Shown: piece after piece, positions 58,652 to 64,000 of the stretch | Layout: every line of letters begins with the position of its first letter | Position numbering within the stretch: position 1 is the first letter of the stretch | Virus record (IMG/VR): IMGVR_UViG_3300045988_078326 | Direction: 5' to 3' (one strand) | Source of the DNA: a virus | Length of the DNA stretch: 64,000 bases | The notes under the pieces: generated by a model | Database searches by the model: none | What the model saw: only the letters and a program-made list of their open reading frames with translations | What the model was told of the DNA's origin: nothing | Made by a program: the position numbers and the translations under genes

Positions 58652-58684
58652 AAAGGGGATAGGGATATTTCCCTATCCCCTTTT
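58652..58684 (-). terminator. rho-independent terminator/attenuator after the major capsid gene
   Basis: Perfect 14-bp stem aaaggggataggga/tccctatccccttt with a 5-nt loop, and a U-rich run on the minus strand. Confidence 0.5.
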
Positions 58685-58686
58685 AA

Positions 58687-59739
58687 TTAACCATTATTTG
58701 GATTTGGGTTAGTATTATCAAGCTCACCTTGAAGTTCAGTATCAACGTAAGAGAAAATGTTATTTGCCATCATTACGCCAACTCCGACCTTGCGGTAAAC
58801 CTGAATATCACGAGACCAGTCGTCGTTATCATCGCGCTCGCGCACGTGAGTAGTACCCTCAAAAGCAACTTTAACAGGACGAGTATCTGCTCCACCGGGG
58901 ATAACCCAAGCATAACCAGGGTCAATCATCTTTCTAGAGTTAGTCTCATCCTCAAGGGTTTGAGGTAGAATTACCACTCTAGTTCCCTTGTAGTTAGCAA
59001 GGTATCCAGTTCCCCAATACTGATCTCTCATGTTATCAGAAATCCAAGCCTCGTTGTCTGGAATCATCTTTACTGCAAACTCACGAGTACAGTAAATAGT
59101 GGGCTGACCATAAGCACTAGCAGTATTTACAAGATAATCCATAGTAGCTTCATCAAAACCAGCAACGGCACAACGGTTTGCCGCGGGAAGCTGATTAATA
59201 GAACCCATAAGAGCTTGAGCAATCTCTCTATAAATAAGCTCTTGCATACCCTCAGTTACAATCTGAGTAAGTTCTGCGAAGTTTACTCTTCCGTCGAGGA
59301 ACTCCTCGAATCCGATACGAGCAGCTCCGCCGATAGCACTTGTACCAACTTCGAAGCTCTCAGAACCGAGCTTAAAGGTCTCGTATACGCCAGCAAGTCC
59401 CACACGAGTGATGAATTGCTTAGCACGGGTAAGTCCAGTTCTACGAGTAAATACAGGTTTATCTCCCTGTCCGAAAGTTCTAATCTCGGCAAAATTGCCA
59501 TAAGAATTGAGTAAACGATTAGGAACAACTTCATCCATAGTTTGCTCAATTAAAGAGAATAGAGTATGTTTATTTTCTCTATAAAGTTCATCTGTGCCAA
59601 CAAGCTCATTTAACTCATTGCGCAAAGTGGTGTTCAAAGCGTCGTAGCTAAAGGATTCTCCTTGATAGCTATAGGTACCAGAAGGATTTGCATTGGCGAC
59701 AGTCTTCATTAAACTAAGTAAATTAGCTTTATCTAACAT
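58687..59739 (-). CDS. major capsid protein (HK97-fold family)
   Basis: 350 aa. It sits between the scaffold and head-completion genes, with composition and length typical of Firmicutes myophage/siphophage major capsid proteins. No TAG codons. Followed by a strong terminator hairpin. Confidence 0.65.
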   Translation of the reverse strand: MLDKANLLSLMKTVANANPSGTYSYQGESFSYDALNTTLRNELNELVGTDELYRENKHTLFSLIEQTMDEVVPNRLLNSYGNFAEIRTFGQGDKPVFTRRTGLTRAKQFITRVGLAGVYETFKLGSESFEVGTSAIGGAARIGFEEFLDGRVNFAELTQIVTEGMQELIYREIAQALMGSINQLPAANRCAVAGFDEATMDYLVNTASAYGQPTIYCTREFAVKMIPDNEAWISDNMRDQYWGTGYLANYKGTRVVILPQTLEDETNSRKMIDPGYAWVIPGGADTRPVKVAFEGTTHVRERDDNDDWSRDIQVYRKVGVGVMMANNIFSYVDTELQGELDNTNPNPNNG

Positions 59740-59758
59740 TCTTCTTCACTCCTTCCAA

Positions 59759-60448
59759 TTAACCTACACGCTGTACTTTTACACCGGGTTGAAGATCGGG
59801 CATGGTGTATACTTTTACTACTGTAAAGATAGGATCTAAATCTCCACCCTTAGCAGAAGATTCAGTATCCTCGGTTAAATAACCATCAGTACCAATCTTT
59901 AAACGATCTCCAACAGCAAGTGAACCGGCATCAGCCTTAATAGTATTAGTTGTCCAAATATCACCAATACTAATCTTAATTACACGTGGAACCATTTTAG
60001 TTCCTTCTGGCATCAAAGCTGGATAAGTAAATGTTTCCATATTCTTTTTATATGCTACGTTACTACCTTCACGTACAGCTTCACCAGTATAGTCATTAAT
60101 GGTAGCGAGTGTAGAAACGGTCTGTCCGATTGGGCTATAAACACGAGCGTTATAGTTATCTTTAATCATAGCAAAATCGGCATCAGTCTCACGATCTCTA
60201 TAAATTTTTACCTCATTGAATACCATCATCCAAGCACCAGAAGTAGCCTCTGTGCTAAAATCACATACACCCTTAGCATAGTCATACTTTACGAATTGAC
60301 CATTCTCAAGAAGGGTGATTGTGCTAGCAGCAGGAAGCTGGGCATATACCTGACCATTTCTTGGAGCGGAAAGATGGTTTGGTTCTACTTGACCATATCC
60401 ATATTGGACAAAAGTAGCATTACCTAATCTTTTAGAACTCTTAGCCAT
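59759..60448 (-). CDS. capsid-associated protein of unknown function
   Basis: 229-aa ORF between the scaffold and major capsid genes. No TAG codons. Confidence 0.4.
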   Translation of the reverse strand: MAKSSKRLGNATFVQYGYGQVEPNHLSAPRNGQVYAQLPAASTITLLENGQFVKYDYAKGVCDFSTEATSGAWMMVFNEVKIYRDRETDADFAMIKDNYNARVYSPIGQTVSTLATINDYTGEAVREGSNVAYKKNMETFTYPALMPEGTKMVPRVIKISIGDIWTTNTIKADAGSLAVGDRLKIGTDGYLTEDTESSAKGGDLDPIFTVVKVYTMPDLQPGVKVQRVG

Positions 60449-60461
60449 TCTTTAATCCTCC

Positions 60462-61589
60462 TTAAATACTGCTCTTAGCAGTCTCACGAATTGCTTTTAC
60501 CCAATCAGGAACATTATCTGTCTCTGGATGCTCCAAATTGAAAAGTCCTTTTGGGGTCTTATCATCCTCTTCATGTTTATCCTCAAGGTTAAAGTTTACC
60601 TTATTTCTAACACAAAGAATAGATAACTTAGCTTCAATATCATCTAAAGAATAAGTGTCAATATGCTCCACGACGTCTTTCTTATCATCATCGCTAAGCA
60701 TATAGAAACTATCAATCATTTGTTGCTTATTTTGACGTTCAGCTTTGAGCTTAAACTCTTTCAATTCATCAACTTCGGTATCTAGAGTATTCTTCTCTTG
60801 CTCAAGAGCAGAATATTTACTCTCTAATTCATTAAATTTAGCAAGCAACTCTGTATATTCAGTTACATCTTCGAGATTATACTTGCCTTTCTTATCCTTA
60901 TCCTCTTTTCCCTCTTTCTCAGGGGCAGGAGTTCCAGAAGAATTTTCTTTCTCCTTGTTTTTATCCTCTGGATTAGGATTATTTTTCTCGAATTCGGTAA
61001 GTGCTTTATTCTCATTATCCATAGGTTCTTGAGAGCCTCCTTTATTAAAAGTTTCTTTTAATTGATCCATCATAGAGTATACCATAGTTTTAAGTTTCTA
61101 AAACTCTTGATTACCCTCTAAAGAAAATTGAGAACTAAATTGAGCTCCCTCGAAACAAGGCTCAACATTTTCTCCGAGAACACATAATTTCTCAATCAAT
61201 GCTTCATTGTAGATAAAGATTCTTTCATTTGTTTTTTCATCTTTTGTCCAAAATCCTGACTGATTTTTTTCATTTAATTCCATAGAATGGTTGTTTCCAT
61301 TTTCTAAAATTCTCTTAGATTCTGGATAAACACCAGTCCAAATATATACATCAGTAACTAGATATTCTCTTTCTACACCTTCATCATTGAACTTCTAAAA
61401 CCATACATTAGCGTTATCTGGAACAAATCCATAAGGTCTTGTTACATCAACAATAGCAAACTTGCCGTCTTTAATATCAATCGCTCTATTGTGACCTTCA
61501 AAATCCTTTGTCTCTTGATTAAAATAGCCAACAATAGGACTTCCCGGCAATTTACGCCCCATCTCTACAGCTACTTCCTTAGTAATCAC
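60462..61589 (-). CDS. scaffolding-like protein (acidic coiled-coil C-terminal half)
   Basis: ORFs 61395..61589, 61098..61283 and 60462..61085 share one frame and are joined by sense TAGs at 61395-61397 and 61098-61100. GTG start 61587-61589 overlaps the portal stop as GTGA. The C-terminal half is Glu/Lys-rich coiled coil. Confidence 0.5.
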
Positions 61590-63358
61590 TGTATGATTGC
61601 GGTTTGGCTGTTGACCGACATAACAAACTTTACAAACGCCTTTGCTAACTAGAGGAGAAATCTAAGTGTTCTAAATATATTCCATTGTGTTTAAAATAGG
61701 AACACTAATATGCAAGTTCAATCCCTCCTTTATGACGAACTTTCTTGATTAGCTATTGTCTTATCAGACTTTTCGCCATCTTCCTTCTTTGGCCTTCCGG
61801 CTCCATTATTGTTAGTTGAACTTGTCTATTTATTCTAAGAATTAGTATTAGATGACTAATTATTATTACCCAAATCTTTTCCGCTTCTGGTATTAGAACT
61901 CATAGGAGGAATCATAATCTCCGCCAAGTTCAATACTTCATTCTCAAACGTTAATGTAGCTAAAATGCTTGATTGAGAATGCCCTAAAGCGATTTGTGGC
62001 AACATCTTAGAATATCCTAACTGAGCGTGTTCTTTATACAACTTTGATAATTCTTTATAATTAAACTATGTTGTTTCTAACATCTCAGCTCTAAATTCAT
62101 AATGATTCTTGCGATTGAATTTTTCTACCACTCTATTTAGTAATTCTGTAAACATGAGAGGTATATCTCTAACGCTAGATTCATCAGTCAATATAGAATT
62201 TGTTACAGCAATATTTCCATCGGCATTAAACAAATTATGAGTTACACCTGAATTGTTGTAAACTGTACGTTCAACCTTTTCCAAATCGTCGGTTGTTGTA
62301 TTGGAGTTATTGTCTTTTGTATCAATTTTTTCAATATCCGCAAAAGTTGTCAATACATCTACTCCAATAGCTCTTTTAAGCATTGCAACTGCGTTATTAT
62401 GAATATCTCTGGCTTCATCAACGTCAAAAATTAAATCACCATTCTTATCAAGAGGCAACTTCTAAATGATGATTTTCAATAGTTGCTACATTGTTTTTTG
62501 ACGATCCAATTCTTGCGCCTAATCCAAATCAATAATAGAAGGAATAACTCCCGCAAGAAAGGGAAATTCATTATCGTTTAAGCTAAACTTAACTGAAACA
62601 CTAGGATCTAGAGGATACCAAACAGTTGTACTCCCCGGGTAATCTCCCTTTAATTTCCCCTACTTATAAAGAATATAAGCCTTCTATATATCTTGAGGAA
62701 AAATCTTTAATATCTGAACCTTATACTGTGGGTTTGGGAAATAAACATCAAAAAACTCAAGATTTAATTCAACAATAGGATTAGGGCCTTGGAAATATCT
62801 ATTGCGACAATATGAAGCAGGTAGCTTCTAAATGGCAAACCTATCTCCGAAGTCAACAATTATACCATAATATGCCCCTTCTTTGATGATATCTAATGAT
62901 ATATTACCAAACATTCTCTTTATATTAGATTTATCAAGATAAAGCAATACTTTAGAAAAGTCTTTTAATAACTTCTCCTTATCTTTCTGCGCGCTTACGG
63001 TATATGGGGTTATATACCAATCAAATCTGTATAAGAAAGCTAGGTATTTACATAATCTGTAATATATACCGCTACTTTCATAGAAATAATTAGAGATTTC
63101 TCTTAGAGTTCTATAATCATGCTTATAAATAGCATTTAATACGAACTTCTTATCTCCATAATTTCTATTTATTTTCTTATATGTACCTAGATTAATAAGC
63201 GCATCATCTACCGAGCGAAGCCCCACCCGCATCTTAGCATAATCAATGCTCTTATAATCTAAGTCATCTTCTTCCTCTTGCTGCTAATAGCGAGTAACGT
63301 CTTGATTTAATAAATCAAAACCTTTGGCTCTAATACTTTCTTGTCTACTCTTTAACAA
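61586..63358 (-). CDS. portal protein (about 590 aa)
   Basis: TTG 63356-63358 after GGAGGTGA. ORFs 62828..63232, 62066..62458 and 61856..62041 share a frame. It continues through sense TAGs (61856, 61835, 61826, 61749) to TGA 61586-61588. Ser/Asn-rich acidic C-terminal tail. Confidence 0.5.
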
Positions 63359-63377
63359 AATATCACCTCCCGGATTC

Positions 63378-63738
63378 AGTATCCAGCCTTGCTCATTAAG
63401 TAATCATAAGAGATGATATTTTCCTCGGTATAGGGAACTTCTATAAGCGTAATTCCTTTTAAGGCACAAAATCTACGCTTTTGATTATCATTATATTTCT
63501 ATTGATATAATCCTCTATTTCCACCAAATTTACTTACAGCCTAATAGTGCTATTTTCCTTGATATTCAATTAAAAAATCAAGATTTCCATCGTCATCAAA
63601 AACAGCAAAATCAAAACGAAGTGGTCTACCGCTTGGCGCTTTTAACCCAGGAAATTCATACTCTTCTTTAAAGTTTATGCCATTTTGCTCTAGTATTTCA
63701 TGAATTTTAATTTCTCCACGACTAGCTTTCATACTCAC
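63378..63738 (-). CDS. Vsr-like / DUF559-type PD-(D/E)XK endonuclease domain protein
   Basis: ORF 63550..63738 extended through sense TAGs. Motif GRPLRFDFAVFDDDGNLDFLIEYQGKQHY...DNQKRRFCALKGITLIEV. Confidence 0.4.
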
Positions 63739-63803
63739 ACCTCGCTCATAAACATAAAGTCTGAAAATCTTCTACTTTTACGCTTGCGTTTACTATCTTC
63801 TTC

Positions 63804-63986
63804 CTATTTAATATAATACAACCCATATTCAAGCGCAGAGAATTTATCTTTAGGCACGGATTTATTTGCTTGTTTCAAAATAATATTCACGCCTTCATTT
63901 TCTTCTCGCAAATTCAGCATTTCTTCTCTTAATATAGAAGTTAAAGTGAACGGTTTTAAATATTCTGCCCGTTCTTCTGGTTTCAT
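63804..63986 (-). CDS. hypothetical protein; may continue upstream beyond the window
   Basis: 60-aa ORF at the window edge. The upstream frame is open to the window end. Confidence 0.25.
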   Translation of the reverse strand: MKPEERAEYLKPFTLTSILREEMLNLREENEGVNIILKQANKSVPKDKFSALEYGLYYIK

Positions 63987-64000
63987 AGCCTAACCTTTTT

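Overview
This 64 kb window is almost entirely a low-GC tailed phage or prophage genome, apparently of a Firmicutes-type anaerobe, with the + strand given in packaging-opposite orientation.

Layout:
- A + strand early/replication module spans roughly 1-18.3 kb. It encodes a DnaB-like helicase, DnaG-like primase, RecJ-like exonuclease, HNH endonuclease, Dda-like helicase, a DnaE-type DNA polymerase III alpha of about 1300 aa, a guanylate-kinase-like enzyme, anaerobic ribonucleotide reductase NrdD/NrdG, a short formate/nitrite-transporter-like membrane protein, a dUTPase-like enzyme and RuvC.
- A minus-strand lysis/accessory block at about 18.3-24 kb holds an ImmA-like peptidase, odd low-complexity and C1q-like proteins, a holin, a small serine recombinase and short tail-fibre genes.
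- A + strand island at 24.27-29.4 kb carries a complete diversity-generating retroelement.
- A long minus-strand morphogenesis operon runs from about 29.4 kb to 64 kb. In transcription order it reads portal, scaffold, major capsid, connector proteins, contractile-tail sheath, a tube-position protein, an XkdN-like chaperone, a tape measure of about 2900 aa, and very large baseplate and fibre genes.

Three things stand out:
1. The amber codon TAG is used as a sense codon throughout, almost certainly for Gln. Hundreds of in-frame TAGs join the fragments of the standard-code ORF track into full-length conserved proteins (DnaB, DnaE, Dda, RecJ, NrdG, RuvC, reverse transcriptase, tape measure, fibres). 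TGA and TAA still terminate genes. TAG density differs sharply between genes: the major capsid protein, sheath and NrdD have none, whereas one roughly 480-codon late gene has about 40-45.
2. The retroelement cassette is canonical (target gene, Avd-like gene, template repeat, reverse transcriptase). Its 99-bp template and variable repeats differ at 14 positions, every one an adenine in the template. Its own genes also contain recoded TAGs.
3. The Dda-like helicase is broken by a 5-nt frame disruption inside its Walker A motif.

Manually derived coordinates may be off by 1-3 nt, and gene models for TAG-interrupted genes were built by hand translation.
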